Source of the DNA: Candidatus Woesearchaeota archaeon
GTDB taxonomy: Archaea; Nanobdellota; Nanobdellia; SCGC-AAA011-G17; GW2011-AR18
Reading direction: 5' to 3'
DNA length: 64,000 nucleotides
Assembly: GCA_964430545.1 (NCBI GenBank)
Contig: CAYSFG010000007.1
Span: 9,072 to 73,071 of the forward strand
The notes beneath the pieces were generated by a model that searched no databases, was not told the origin of the DNA, and saw only the letters and a program-made list of their open reading frames with translations. Positions within the stretch are counted from its first letter, which is position 1. The number at the start of each line of letters is the position of its first letter. Of the stretch, positions 36,935-47,680 are shown one piece after another. Made by a program: the position numbers and the translations under genes.

Positions 36935-38490
36935 GTAAATTTAAAAAAATATTAAAAGAACCAAGAGTATTAATTTGTTTATTTGTAATTTTAATAGCAG
37001 CATTTTCTATAGGTTATAATTTTGATACTAAAGGAGTTATAATAAATTCTGTTGAGTTTAATAGTACAGCTTATAATAATGGATTAAAATCTCCGTCTCC
37101 TAATACTGCTATTTTAGACAGGGAAAGAATAGAAAATATAAATAATAAAGAGATTATTAATCTTGAAAGTTATACTAAAGTAATTTCAGATATTTCTTTC
37201 AATTCAACTATTAGATTACAAACAAATAAAGGCACTTATGTATTTTATAAAAATTCTGATAATTTGGGTATTTTTGTTAATAATATTCCTACTTCTAATT
37301 TAAGAAAAGGTCTTGATTTACAGGGTGGCACTAGAGTTGTATTAAAACCTTCAGAAAAGATTACATCAGATCAACTTAATGATGTTGTTAACATAATGGA
37401 AAATAGGCTTAATGTATTTGGCTTGTCTGATCTTATAATTAAGCCATCTTCTGATTTACAAGGTAATAATTTTATTATAATTGAGATTGCTGGTGTAACT
37501 AAAGACGAAATTAAGGAAATTGTAGCAACACAAGGCAAGTTTGAAGCAAAAATAGGTAATGATTCTGTTTTTTCTGGAAAAGATATAACTTTCGTATGTC
37601 GTTCTGGTGGAGGAACTTGTCAAGATTCTGTAAATCCTGTTTGTCCTTCTAATGGTAATGGTTATAATTGTAGATTTGAGTTTCAAATTGATTTAAATCA
37701 AGAAGCAGCAGAACGTCATGCTGAAATTACTAAAAATCTTAATATAGTGCCTTCTACATCTGGTCAAAGAATTTTGGAAAAAAATATAGATTTTTATTTA
37801 GATGGTATACAAGTTGATAGTTTACAAATAGATCCTGGACTTAAAGGGATTAAAGCATCAAAAATTATTATTTCAGGTCCTGGAAGCGGTTCAACAATAC
37901 AAGATGCAATAAAAGATGCAATTTCTAATAAGAAAAAATTACAAACATTTTTAATTACTGGTTCTTTACCTACAAAATTAGAAATTGAAAAAATTGATAC
38001 AGTTTCCCCTTTAGTTGGTGAAGCTTTTACTAAAAATGCCATTCTTATCGGTATTCTTTCATTGATTATTGTTTCATTGATTATTTATATAAGATATAAA
38101 TCATTAAAAGTTAGTCTGCCAATTATATTTACAATGGGTAGTGAGATTTTTATTATTTTAGGTTTCGCTGCTTTAACTAAACAAAATCTTGATATAGCTG
38201 CTATTGCGGGTATTATTGCTTCTGTTGGTACTGGTGTAAATGATCAGATTGTAATAACTGATGAGATACTTACTGGTGAAGCATCTACTATAAAACAAAA
38301 TATTAAAAAAGCTTTTTTTGTAGTATTAACTGCTTATATTACTACTGTTGTTGCTATGCTACCTTTACTTAGAGCTGGTGCTGGGTTATTAAGAGGTTTT
38401 GCTGTAGTTACAATTGTTGGTGTTACAATAGGCGTCCTTATTACTAGACCTGCATTTAGTATTATTATTAAATCCTTAATGGAAGATTAA
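36931..38490 (+). CDS. secD: Protein-export membrane protein SecD
   Basis: N-terminal TM, large extracytoplasmic domain ('DLQGGTRVVLKP'), C-terminal six-TM region ('FTMGSEIFIILGFAALTKQNLDIAAIAGIIASVGTGVNDQIVI'). Confidence 0.85.
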   Translation: MSKFKKILKEPRVLICLFVILIAAFSIGYNFDTKGVIINSVEFNSTAYNNGLKSPSPNTAILDRERIENINNKEIINLESYTKVISDISFNSTIRLQTNKGTYVFYKNSDNLGIFVNNIPTSNLRKGLDLQGGTRVVLKPSEKITSDQLNDVVNIMENRLNVFGLSDLIIKPSSDLQGNNFIIIEIAGVTKDEIKEIVATQGKFEAKIGNDSVFSGKDITFVCRSGGGTCQDSVNPVCPSNGNGYNCRFEFQIDLNQEAAERHAEITKNLNIVPSTSGQRILEKNIDFYLDGIQVDSLQIDPGLKGIKASKIIISGPGSGSTIQDAIKDAISNKKKLQTFLITGSLPTKLEIEKIDTVSPLVGEAFTKNAILIGILSLIIVSLIIYIRYKSLKVSLPIIFTMGSEIFIILGFAALTKQNLDIAAIAGIIASVGTGVNDQIVITDEILTGEASTIKQNIKKAFFVVLTAYITTVVAMLPLLRAGAGLLRGFAVVTIVGVTIGVLITRPAFSIIIKSLMED

Positions 38491-38632
38491 ATTTACAATT
38501 CTAAATAAAATTTTTATAGTATTCATTTTGTATATATTCTATTTTAATTGAAATATTTTTCCTTTAATATATTTTATAAAATATACAAATGTTTCAAACC
38601 CTATTTAATAATCTACTTTTTAGAATTATAAT

Positions 38633-39058
38633 CTAAACTTTTCCATTCTTATCTATCAATCCTCTAGATTTTAATAATCTTTCAGAATCTTCAACATAAG
38701 TTATTAATTTTTCTTTCTCTTTAGATTTATAAATATCAAAATTATTAAAATATCCATTTTTTGTTTTTTCTCCAAAAAAGAATTCTTCACATTTTACATT
38801 TAGTAAAAAATATTTTGTTGCTGCATCAAAATAATTATTTACATTTTTAAGCATATAATTTAATTTTTTAATATGTCCTTCTTCTTCCAGATTTATTGCT
38901 TTTGCTTTAGATAACTCCAGATTTCCATATTGTGTTAAATAAACTAAAACATGTCTATATACAGTATCTTCTTGAGGAATATGATTTATATTATTGCCAT
39001 TACACAAGGAATGTAAACATTTAGATTTTTTTTCAAGCAACAGTAATTCTAATTTCAT
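38633..39058 (-). CDS. Hypothetical protein
   Basis: 141-aa ORF with no motif. Confidence 0.35.
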   Translation of the reverse strand: MKLELLLLEKKSKCLHSLCNGNNINHIPQEDTVYRHVLVYLTQYGNLELSKAKAINLEEEGHIKKLNYMLKNVNNYFDAATKYFLLNVKCEEFFFGEKTKNGYFNNFDIYKSKEKEKLITYVEDSERLLKSRGLIDKNGKV

Positions 39059-39089
39059 AAATTTTTTATAAATAAAAGAATATATAAAA

Positions 39090-39275
39090 TTAAGCTTTAT
39101 TTCTTAATTTTCTAGAAGCTTCTGTCCATCTTACGTTCCTGGGATTTCTATGTAATTTATTAGAATTTTTCTCACATTTTAACGAACAATAATAATTAAG
39201 TGAAGAATCATTTTTTATAAGCATCTTACCAGTCCCAGGTGTTAATACACTGCCACAATAAGTACACTTTACCAT
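39090..39275 (-). CDS. rpl24e: 50S ribosomal protein L24e
   Basis: 'VKCTYCGSVLTPGTGKMLIKNDSSLNYYCSLKC' (zinc ribbon C-x2-C...C-x3-C); 61 aa. Confidence 0.9.
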   Translation of the reverse strand: MVKCTYCGSVLTPGTGKMLIKNDSSLNYYCSLKCEKNSNKLHRNPRNVRWTEASRKLRNKA

Positions 39276-39276
39276 T

Positions 39277-39588
39277 TTATTTTCTTCCTTGTGTTAATTT
39301 TCTAGCTTCTATCTCTGTTTCTCTAAGCATCAATATATCACCTAATTTTATTGGACCTTTTACATTTCTTCTTAATATTCTTTTTGTGTCAGAACCTTCT
39401 AAAACCCTGCACCTTACTTGTACAACTTCTCCTCTCATTCCAGTTCTTCCTACTATTTCTTCTACTAAAGCAGGAACTGCAAAAGTAAACAATTGTCCTT
39501 TTCCTGTAGTCTTTTGTTCTTGTTTAACTTCTTGTTTAGGTTGTGGTTCTTCAGGTTTACCAACTTTTTTTTTATTTTCCATTTTCAA
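39277..39588 (-). CDS. rps28e: 30S ribosomal protein S28e with a ~35-aa lysine-rich N-terminal extension
   Basis: C-terminal 68 aa '[62 protein letters not shown]' matches S28e. The N-terminal '[26 protein letters not shown]' is extra. Confidence 0.85.
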   Translation of the reverse strand: MKMENKKKVGKPEEPQPKQEVKQEQKTTGKGQLFTFAVPALVEEIVGRTGMRGEVVQVRCRVLEGSDTKRILRRNVKGPIKLGDILMLRETEIEARKLTQGRK

Positions 39589-39935
39589 ACTTTAAGTTTA
39601 GAAGCTAGTTCTTTTATTAACTGTTTTGCTTCACCTTCTTGTATTACTGCTACTGAAGCCGTAGGGATATTTAATCCTGATATTCTTCCTAGTTCTTCTC
39701 TTTTAGGAACAGGTATTAATATTATTCCTTTTTCTTCACATAATCCTGGCAAATGCATTAAAATTTCCTTAGGGTTTGTGTCTTTCGCAACTAAAACTAA
39801 TTTTGCTGTTCCTCTTTCAACTGCTTTAGTTACTTCATTTACACCTTTCTTTATTTTTCCTGATTTGTTAGCCAGCTCTACAGCTTCATAGGCTTTATCC
39901 AAAATTTCCTTTGTTACCTCAGCATTTAAATCCAT
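39585..39935 (-). CDS. rpl7ae: 50S ribosomal protein L7Ae (kink-turn binding)
   Basis: '[48 protein letters not shown]' is the L7Ae/L30e family core. Confidence 0.9.
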   Translation of the reverse strand: MDLNAEVTKEILDKAYEAVELANKSGKIKKGVNEVTKAVERGTAKLVLVAKDTNPKEILMHLPGLCEEKGIILIPVPKREELGRISGLNIPTASVAVIQEGEAKQLIKELASKLKV

Positions 39936-40099
39936 TTTTCCTCCATATCAACTTGTTTATTTAGAGGAACTAGATATCATTTATAAGGTTTTCTATGAAC
40001 TAATATAAATAACTTTAAGAAATGAACAAAGTATTTCTACGATAATTAATAAAATAAAAGTATCTAGATAGATAATAAAAAATAATAAAAATTAAAGTA

Positions 40100-40258
40100 T
40101 TACTTCTTTTTCTTTCCAATATGTTCTAGTATTTTTTCCATCTTTATATCTATTGTTGCTATTGCATATTCTAACGAGTAAATCTTTCTTAAACTATATA
40201 ATATAGCAACTAATAAAGCAAGGACAATATATAATACAACTGTGTTTACTTCTGGCAT
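40100..40258 (-). CDS. Small membrane protein (52 aa), hypothetical
   Basis: Not in the ORF track. ATG at 40258 is preceded by AGAGGTGAT SD at 4-5 nt spacing. The product 'MPEVNTVVLYIVLALLVAILYSLRK...' has one TM helix. Confidence 0.4.
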   Translation of the reverse strand: MPEVNTVVLYIVLALLVAILYSLRKIYSLEYAIATIDIKMEKILEHIGKKKK

Positions 40259-40631
40259 TTAATCACCTCTGGTTATTATTTGTTTATACTTATTTAAAAA
40301 GGTTTTTATTTTTAGAACATTAAACAAAATAGCTATAACAATATTTAATTTTAAAATAATACAACTTATTATACCAAACATAAACTAATTCTATCTTATA
40401 ACCTATTTTTAATTATATAATAAAATTATTATAATTAAACAAAAAAGTCTTTAAGTTTTGATTTGTTATTTACTTCCAATAAATCACTTGAATATCTAGA
40501 AACTTATGTTGTTTACTATAAACAAAAAATTCCAAGTAAATAGTTTCCAAAGAATTTATTATAGTTCAATTGAATCTTTACTAAGATAAACATAAATCTT
40601 TATAAATTGATTATTAATCTAAAAGTTTATT

Positions 40632-41204
40632 ATGATAGAAAAAACTTTAGTATTATTAAAACCAGACGCTGTTCAAAGAGCATTAATAGGAGAAATAATT
40701 TCCAGGTTTGAAAAGTCTGGTTTAAAGATTGTTGCTATAAAAATGGTTTATGCAGATAAAGAATCAGCAGGCAATCACTATGCTGATGATGAAGTTTGGT
40801 TAAAAAGTGTTGGTGAAAAAACTTTAGCTTCTTATGAAAAAAAAGGGATGAAATTAAATCGTACTGCTTTAGAACAAGGTCAAATAATAAGAGAATGGTT
40901 AATAAGTTATTTAAGCATGAGTCCAATAATTGCAATGGTTATTGAAGGACATAATGCTGTTGCTCATGTTAGAAAAATCTGTGGTCCTACTGCACCAAGT
41001 GATGCATCCCCTGGAACAATTAGAGGAGATTATTCTTTTGATACTTACATATTAGGAGATAAATCAAATAGGCCTATTCAAAATTTAATTCATTCTTCAG
41101 GAAATCCAGATGAAGCAAAAAGAGAAATTTTAATATGGTTTAAATCTTCAGAGATATATGTTTGGAAAAGAATAGATGAAGATCTTTTATATAGGAAAAA
41201 TTAA
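40632..41204 (+). CDS. ndk: Nucleoside diphosphate kinase
   Basis: '[36 protein letters not shown]' and the active-site region '[13 protein letters not shown]...IRGDY...N.IHSSG' (catalytic His). 190 aa with an internal insertion. Confidence 0.9.
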   Translation: [190 protein letters not shown]

Positions 41205-41248
41205 AAATAAAAAACTTAAGTATTTATAGTTTATTCAACATAAATCTT

Positions 41249-41380
41249 CTAATCAGGTTCTTCTGCGTAGCCATACCAAAATCCAAATTCTCCTATGTCC
41301 ATTGCATCTGCTTCTAGTTCTTCATCTAACCAACTTCTTAGTTCGTCTTCATCCTTCATTCTACCCCATCTCTTTCCCAT
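41249..41380 (-). CDS. Small acidic protein (43 aa), hypothetical
   Basis: Not in the ORF track. ATG at 41380 is preceded by GGGGGGTGGA SD-like run (compare GGGGGGT before the 11712 gene). Product 'MGKRWGRMKDEDELRSWLDEELEADAMDIGEFGFWYGYAEEPD'. Confidence 0.3.
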   Translation of the reverse strand: MGKRWGRMKDEDELRSWLDEELEADAMDIGEFGFWYGYAEEPD

Positions 41381-41777
41381 CAAATCCACCCCCCACAACT
41401 ATAATTAATTATATCATTTTATTTTAAATAACTAACCTATATAATATATATAGTAAATATATTAGTCATTATAATAAAAAAATGTGTATTAAAATGTTTT
41501 TTAGAATAATTTTTCTTATTTATTATGCATATTTTGGCTGTGTTATTTAGTAATTATATGAGTTTTACCAATTTTATACAATATAATTAAAAGGAATATT
41601 TTAAAAAATTATTTTAATATAGCTACCCACATAAGTTCTTAGATTAAAAGTGGTTTAATGTTAATCAATAACAATTGTTCATTTATTATATAATTATTTT
41701 TTCAAGTTTTTTACAAAAATAATTTAAATTTAAAAAATCCAAACCTTTTTTAATCCAACACAATCCATTTCACCACC

Positions 41778-43490
41778 ATGCTAAGACAAGTTATAGTAAC
41801 AATATTAGGTAACGTAGATTCAGGTAAAAGTACCATTATAGATTTTATAAAAAAAACATCCATTGTTACTTCAGAACCAGGAAAAATTACACAATCAATA
41901 AAAGCTTATCCTGTTTCCATAGATAGAATAAAAACTTTGTCTAAAAATAATTTAAACATAGAAAAAATTAAAGTTCCTGGCTTATTATTTATTGATACTC
42001 CAGGTCATGCTGCTTTTATTAATTTAAGAAAAAGAGGAGGATCTTTAGCAGATATTGCAATTTTAGTAATAGATATTTTAGACGGTCTTAAACCTCAAAC
42101 TTTAGAGAGTATTGAAATATTAAAAGAAAATAAAACCCCATTTATTATTGCATTGAATAAAATTGATTTAATCCCAGGTTGGTTTTCTAAAAAAGATCTT
42201 CCTTTAATAAAAGAGATAAAAACTCAACAAGATTATGTCATAAAAAATATAGAGGAAAGATTATATCAAATTGTTAACAAACTTTATAATCTTGGTTTTA
42301 ATGCTGAGAGATTTGATAGAATTGAAGACTTTTCCAAACAAATAGCAATAGTTCCTATTTCTGCTAAATTAGGAGAAGGTCTTTGTGAACTTCTAATAAC
42401 TATAACTGGACTTGCTCAAAAATTTTTAGAATCTAATTTAAAATATGATCCTGAAGCTCAAGGTGAAGGAACTATTTTAGAAATAACAGAAGAAAAAGGA
42501 TTAGGTAAGTGTTTTGATGCAATTATATATAAAGGTAAAATAAAAACCAATGATACTATTGTTATAGGTACATTAAAAGAGCCTTTAGTTACAAAGATCA
42601 AAGCTATTTTTATTACTAATAAATCTCAATTAAAGTCTGTTAAAGAAGCATGTGCAGCAGTTGGTGTAAAAATTTCTCCTCAAAATTCTGAAGGTATTAT
42701 TTCAGGTATGCCTTTAAAAATAGCAAATAAAAATTTAGAAAAAATTAAGATAGAAATTAGAGAACAAATTGAACAAGTTACTTTTGAATTAGATGAAGAC
42801 GGTATTATTATCAAAGCAGATACTTTAGGTGCTTTAGAAGGTTTGATAACTTTATTAAAAGAAAAGAATTTTAAAATAAAAAGAGCTTCTATTGGAAATA
42901 TATCAAAAAAAGATTTTGCTGAAGCTCTATCTAGTTCCAATATATTAAATCATGTTATTCTAGGTTTTAATATTAATACACCTGAATCAAATGAATCAAT
43001 AAAAATAATCACAAACAATGTTATCTATACTTTAATAGAAAAATTTGAAGAATGGCTTTTTGAAGAAAAATCAAGGATTGAAGCTAAAGAATTAAAAGAT
43101 ATTACAAGACCTTGTAAGATAAAATTATTAGAAGGTTATATTTTTAGGCAGTCTAATCCTGCAGTTATAGGCGTTGATGTTTTAGCAGGCACTTTAAAGC
43201 CTAATACTCCTTTAATGAAAGATGGAAAACATATAACTGAAGCTAAGGCCATTCAACACGAAGGCAAGTCTATTAATGAAGCTAAACCACCACAATCTGT
43301 TGCTGTTTCATTTCCGGGAGTTACTATTAACAGACAAATAGCAGAAAATGATATTTTATATTCTGATATTAAAGAATCTGAATTTTTAGTTTATAAGAAA
43401 TTAAAAACTTATTTAAAACCTGATGAAATACAAGTTCTAAAAGAAATTGCAGAAATTCATAGAAAAACTAATCCTACTTGGGGTATTTAA
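41778..43490 (+). CDS. infB: Translation initiation factor aIF5B (IF2 homolog)
   Basis: G1 'ILGNVDSGKSTIID', G3 'DTPGHAAF', G4 'ALNKID', followed by beta-barrel domains II-IV. 570 aa. Confidence 0.85.
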   Translation: MLRQVIVTILGNVDSGKSTIIDFIKKTSIVTSEPGKITQSIKAYPVSIDRIKTLSKNNLNIEKIKVPGLLFIDTPGHAAFINLRKRGGSLADIAILVIDILDGLKPQTLESIEILKENKTPFIIALNKIDLIPGWFSKKDLPLIKEIKTQQDYVIKNIEERLYQIVNKLYNLGFNAERFDRIEDFSKQIAIVPISAKLGEGLCELLITITGLAQKFLESNLKYDPEAQGEGTILEITEEKGLGKCFDAIIYKGKIKTNDTIVIGTLKEPLVTKIKAIFITNKSQLKSVKEACAAVGVKISPQNSEGIISGMPLKIANKNLEKIKIEIREQIEQVTFELDEDGIIIKADTLGALEGLITLLKEKNFKIKRASIGNISKKDFAEALSSSNILNHVILGFNINTPESNESIKIITNNVIYTLIEKFEEWLFEEKSRIEAKELKDITRPCKIKLLEGYIFRQSNPAVIGVDVLAGTLKPNTPLMKDGKHITEAKAIQHEGKSINEAKPPQSVAVSFPGVTINRQIAENDILYSDIKESEFLVYKKLKTYLKPDEIQVLKEIAEIHRKTNPTWGI

Positions 43491-43535
43491 AAAATCAAAA
43501 CAAACATTTATAAATTAATAATCTTTCCAAAATTT

Positions 43536-43922
43536 ATGGTAGAAACTAAAATAGTAGTAAACGATCCTAAAACAGGTAAAAGTTATCAAAAAATATTAGA
43601 AGAAAATCCTTTTATTAATAATAGAGTAAAAGATAAGGTAGAAGGTAATACTGTTGGTTTAGAAGGTTATTCCTTAGAAATTCGTGGTGGTTCTGATAAA
43701 TCAGGATGTCCTATAAGATATGATCTTAATGGTTTTGGTAAAAGAAAAGCTTTACTTACTAAAGGTCCTTGTATTAAGAATAAAATTAGGGGTTTAAAGA
43801 AAAGAAAAACAGTCGTTGGTAATTTAATTAATCAAGATATTGTTCAAGTAAATTTAAAAATTTTAACCCATGGCTCTGGAAATTTAGCTGAATTAATGCC
43901 TAAATTAGAAAAGAAAGAATAA
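43536..43922 (+). CDS. rps6e: 30S ribosomal protein S6e
   Basis: 'KIVVNDPKTGKSYQKILEE...', 'GYSLEIRGGSDKSGCPIRYDL' and 'GFGKRKALLTKGPC' are S6e signatures. Confidence 0.9.
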   Translation: MVETKIVVNDPKTGKSYQKILEENPFINNRVKDKVEGNTVGLEGYSLEIRGGSDKSGCPIRYDLNGFGKRKALLTKGPCIKNKIRGLKKRKTVVGNLINQDIVQVNLKILTHGSGNLAELMPKLEKKE

Positions 43923-43987
43923 TATTTATTTTAATTTTTTAAGATTGTAGTGAACTAAAAGAGTTTAGGTTTCTTATTTATAAATTT

Positions 43988-44797
43988 TTAGTAATGACTT
44001 ACCATTATTATTGCTCTATTAACTTCTTCTTGACTTAATTTCTTTCCAAATAACTCTTTAATTTTAGTAAACACTCTTTTATCTTTATATCTCTCACCAA
44101 CTAATGCTGCCGCTAATTTTTTATATTCTATTATACTATTATTTTTAGGTTTTAGCAATGTTAATGGTATATTTTTTGAATTTGCTAATAATAAGTTATT
44201 ATCCTCTTTTATTATACTCACAACAGGTATTTTTGCAGCATCTTGTATTTCTTCAACTTTTAATTCATAACTTTTTCCTCTTACTTTATTTAATATTATC
44301 CCTGCAATATAAGTCTTTTTTTGTTTTGCCAATTTGACTGCAGCCAATGTAGCAGCTAATGTAACATGGTCTGGTGTTGTTAATATAAAAACTTCATCAC
44401 TAGCCATTAATGTAGCAGACATTTCTGCATTTAAATTAGGACTTGCATCAATTAATATTAAGTCATAAAAATTCTTTAATGAAGCTATATACTGATAAAA
44501 TCTATTATAATCTACTTTTCTTGAATATGGAGATAATGGGAGTAAATGTAATCCTGATGGATGTTCATATATTGCTTTTTGTAATAATACCTTACCATCA
44601 AAAACATCATTTAATGTAGAACCTAATTTTGTAAGTCCATAATGTAAAGCCAAGTTTGGTCCTGAGAAGTTACCATCAACTATTAAAACTTTTTTATCAA
44701 AATCTTTTGTTAATATTAATCCTAAATTTGCTACAGATGTTGTTTTTCCAACTCCACCTTTAACAGAAACAAATCCTACTATCTTAGCTCTCTTCAA
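43988..44797 (-). CDS. MinD/ParA-family P-loop ATPase
   Basis: Deviant Walker A 'VSVKGGVGKTTSVANLG'; 'IVDGNFSGPNLALHYG'; 'LILIDASPNLN' (Walker B). Confidence 0.8.
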   Translation of the reverse strand: MKRAKIVGFVSVKGGVGKTTSVANLGLILTKDFDKKVLIVDGNFSGPNLALHYGLTKLGSTLNDVFDGKVLLQKAIYEHPSGLHLLPLSPYSRKVDYNRFYQYIASLKNFYDLILIDASPNLNAEMSATLMASDEVFILTTPDHVTLAATLAAVKLAKQKKTYIAGIILNKVRGKSYELKVEEIQDAAKIPVVSIIKEDNNLLLANSKNIPLTLLKPKNNSIIEYKKLAAALVGERYKDKRVFTKIKELFGKKLSQEEVNRAIIMVSHY

Positions 44798-45037
44798 GTT
44801 TACACCTCTTTTATAATTATACTATTAAACTGTTTTATATACTTTACTAATTTTTATTTATATTTTCATTTATAATTTATTTAATAATATTTTTTTTTAT
44901 TAAAATATTTTTACGAAATATAAAAATATGTTTCATAATTCTTCATTTTTTTAAAGAATTATATTTACATAAATTAACATTTCTTTAACAATAAAAAGTT
45001 AAAAAGAAAAAATATAACTAAAAAAATAAAAAAATTT

Positions 45038-47680
45038 TTATCGTGGTTTATATGCCATACCTTTAGTGCTTGTTGATTTTCTCTTACTTTTTAATAATAA
45101 TGCTACAATAATTATTATTATTACTAAAGCAACTAACACTATAACTAAGACTTTTGATTTACTTGATGATGTTGCAGTTGTTGGATTTATTGTTTCTGCA
45201 ATTGTAGTTGTCTCTTCACTACTTGTTGCTTCAACAGGAGTTATTGTTTCTGGTACTGTTGTGCTAGTTTTTAGTCCTATAGCAAATGTACTAAATCCTG
45301 GTACTGCACTTTCATAAGTATAGGTTTTTTCATTTTCTGATTGCATGATTGCAGTATATGGTTTCCATTCAGCATTTACTAATCTATAAAGTACAACATC
45401 GTCTTTATTAGCCTTATTTATTATTAACCATTCTTTATTTACTGTAAATGTTATTTTAGCACTGCTTACTTGTGTATCTTGTAAGTTGCTTTTAGTTACT
45501 TCAAAGTATTTGTATACTTGAGCATTACCGCTTGCAACATCTGGTAAGTTTGCTGGTTTTTCTGATAATCCTGTTACAGTCATTTTAACATCAGCAACAA
45601 CAGTATTTGTTGTTATTGTTAATTTTTGAACATCTAACGCTGGGTTGTTTATAGTAAATACTGTAGGTGTTCCTGCTTTGACATTGTCTACACTAGCACT
45701 ACTACCGCCACCACCGCCACCACCGCCACTACTACTTCCACCGCCTTCTGAATTAATACTTAATGTTAAAGTATTTTCTACTGAATGTCCTACATAATCT
45801 AGTGCAGTACATGTTGCGGTTTTAACACCACTGCTTGTTGGCCTGTAATTACTACTACAACTATTAACTCCTGTGCATATTGGGTCACTAATTCCTGTTG
45901 CAATCATACTAACCTGTTTTATATTAGTATCAGTACTTGTACAAGTTAAACTTGTTGTTACTAGATTATTAAAAGTACTACCTTGACTGCTTGTTATTAA
46001 TGGTGTTGAAGGATTAACACGGTCTATAACTGTACTATAACCTAATAAATATCTAGTATTACCAACACTATCATTAACAGTTATATTCCAACTGTAATTA
46101 CCATCACTTAAATCTTGATCTAACTTATAACTAACATTAAAAGTAGTTAGTTCTACAGTATCAGCACCAAATCTTGTTCTTGTTTGTATGCTTCTATTCA
46201 ATAAACCTGTACTATTATGCAATTCTACAACTACAAATCCGCCACCAAATTGACTCAATCCAAAATTAGTATCATTAGTGCTTAAGTTAACAAACAAGTT
46301 ACCATCAACAATATAAGCTCCTTGATTAGGTGTTCTTCCAAGTATACTAATATTTAGAGGTGTCCTATCAATATTAACGCTTCTGCTCACACTAATTATT
46401 CTATTATTAAGACTATCATTTGCTGTCACATTAAAAGTATAACTACCATCAGCCAAACTAATAACAGCATTAGTAAAATTAACAAAATTTCCTTCTACAA
46501 GGTCTTTAGCAAATTTCGTTGTAGCTATTTGTGTTCTATTCAATAAACCACTACCATTATGCAATTCAAATACTACAAATCCACCACCAACTTGTCCCCT
46601 ATTAATAAGAGTATCATTTACTGTTACGTTTAATAATATTGCTGTAATATTAGCATTAGTAGCTTGTGTTCCATTGCTTGGTCCTGTTACTCCAGTAAAA
46701 TCTCTATAAGTAATATTTGGTGCTGTTCTATCTATATATATTCTTCTTTCTCCAGTTAATGCTCTATTACCAACACTATCATTTACTGTTACGTTTACAA
46801 AATATATTCCATCTTCAAGATCATTAAGTCCTAATACACTCATGTTTAATGTCGCACTTTCTGACACATCTTGTAAATATGTTGTTCTAGACATTACTGT
46901 ACTATTTAGTAATCCTGTAGTTTCATTATATAATTGGAATAAATAAAATCCACTACCTGCTTGTCTTCTATTATTATTAGTATCATTACTAGTTATATTA
47001 ATAAATATTCTAGTCTGACCAATAACACTGCTCATATTAGTTGATTGAGTATTACTTGCAATGCTTAAAGTTGGAGCTGTTCTATCTAATAAAAAGTTTG
47101 TTCTATTAATAGTGGGAATATTATTATTCAAACTATCATTAACAACAACTCTTATAGTATAATTACCATCAACAAGCCCTATTAAAGCATTAGTAAAATT
47201 AATACTAGTAGGTTCTACAAGATCTTTACCAAAAGTTGTTCTAGCAGAAATTGTACGATTTACTAAACCAGTATCATTATATAATTCAAACACTACAAAT
47301 CCACCACCAACTTGGCTTTTACCAGTATTTGTTGAAGTATCATTTGTTGTTACGTTTATTAGTATTGCTGATAAGTTTTGTCCATTTAATGGCGTTCCAT
47401 TGCTTGGTCCTGTTATCCCTGTAAATTGCGTAAAAGTAATATTTGGTGCTGTTCTATCTATTATTATTGTACTATTAGTTAAATATCTTGTATTTGCTAA
47501 ACTATCATTTGCATAAACAGATATTGTATAATTTCCTTCATCTAAATTTGTCCAATTTTGTGTAAAATTAATTATGTCTGTCTGCACTGTGTTTAAAACA
47601 TTTCTATTCATTTGTGAATTATTTAATATAATATTTGTTCCATTATATAATTGAAATACTACTCTTCCAAATCCTGCCAC
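45038..47680 (-). CDS. Large repetitive cell-surface glycoprotein-like protein (GTG-start ORF call; open frame continues upstream to 48265), with Gly/Ser linker and C-terminal TM anchor
   Basis: About four ~110-aa internal repeats ('DRTAPNITF...TGxTGPSNGT...GGGFVVFELYN.TGLLNRT') dense in N-x-S/T sequons. 'EGGGSSSGGGGGGGGSSAS' linker. C-terminus 'KVLVIVLVALVIIIIIVALLLKSKRKS' is a TM with a basic tail. The in-frame upstream 195 codons encode a signal-peptide-like 'KNYNILFLFILLFGLLLTTNVLG' but contain no ATG/GTG/TTG. Confidence 0.65.
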   Translation of the reverse strand: MAGFGRVVFQLYNGTNIILNNSQMNRNVLNTVQTDIINFTQNWTNLDEGNYTISVYANDSLANTRYLTNSTIIIDRTAPNITFTQFTGITGPSNGTPLNGQNLSAILINVTTNDTSTNTGKSQVGGGFVVFELYNDTGLVNRTISARTTFGKDLVEPTSINFTNALIGLVDGNYTIRVVVNDSLNNNIPTINRTNFLLDRTAPTLSIASNTQSTNMSSVIGQTRIFINITSNDTNNNRRQAGSGFYLFQLYNETTGLLNSTVMSRTTYLQDVSESATLNMSVLGLNDLEDGIYFVNVTVNDSVGNRALTGERRIYIDRTAPNITYRDFTGVTGPSNGTQATNANITAILLNVTVNDTLINRGQVGGGFVVFELHNGSGLLNRTQIATTKFAKDLVEGNFVNFTNAVISLADGSYTFNVTANDSLNNRIISVSRSVNIDRTPLNISILGRTPNQGAYIVDGNLFVNLSTNDTNFGLSQFGGGFVVVELHNSTGLLNRSIQTRTRFGADTVELTTFNVSYKLDQDLSDGNYSWNITVNDSVGNTRYLLGYSTVIDRVNPSTPLITSSQGSTFNNLVTTSLTCTSTDTNIKQVSMIATGISDPICTGVNSCSSNYRPTSSGVKTATCTALDYVGHSVENTLTLSINSEGGGSSSGGGGGGGGSSASVDNVKAGTPTVFTINNPALDVQKLTITTNTVVADVKMTVTGLSEKPANLPDVASGNAQVYKYFEVTKSNLQDTQVSSAKITFTVNKEWLIINKANKDDVVLYRLVNAEWKPYTAIMQSENEKTYTYESAVPGFSTFAIGLKTSTTVPETITPVEATSSEETTTIAETINPTTATSSSKSKVLVIVLVALVIIIIIVALLLKSKRKSTSTKGMAYKPR
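45700..45745 (-). repeat. GGN/AGY trinucleotide tract encoding a (Gly/Ser)n linker
   Basis: + strand 'actaccgccaccaccgccaccaccgccactactacttccaccgcc' is an imperfect triplet repeat, potentially slippage-prone. Confidence 0.6.

Noticed and set aside
39239-39891. Plus-strand ORFs 39239..39595 and 39493..39891 (118 and 132 aa)
   Set aside because: They run antisense to the well-supported S28e and L7Ae genes and translate to low-complexity Leu/Phe/Ser-rich sequence.
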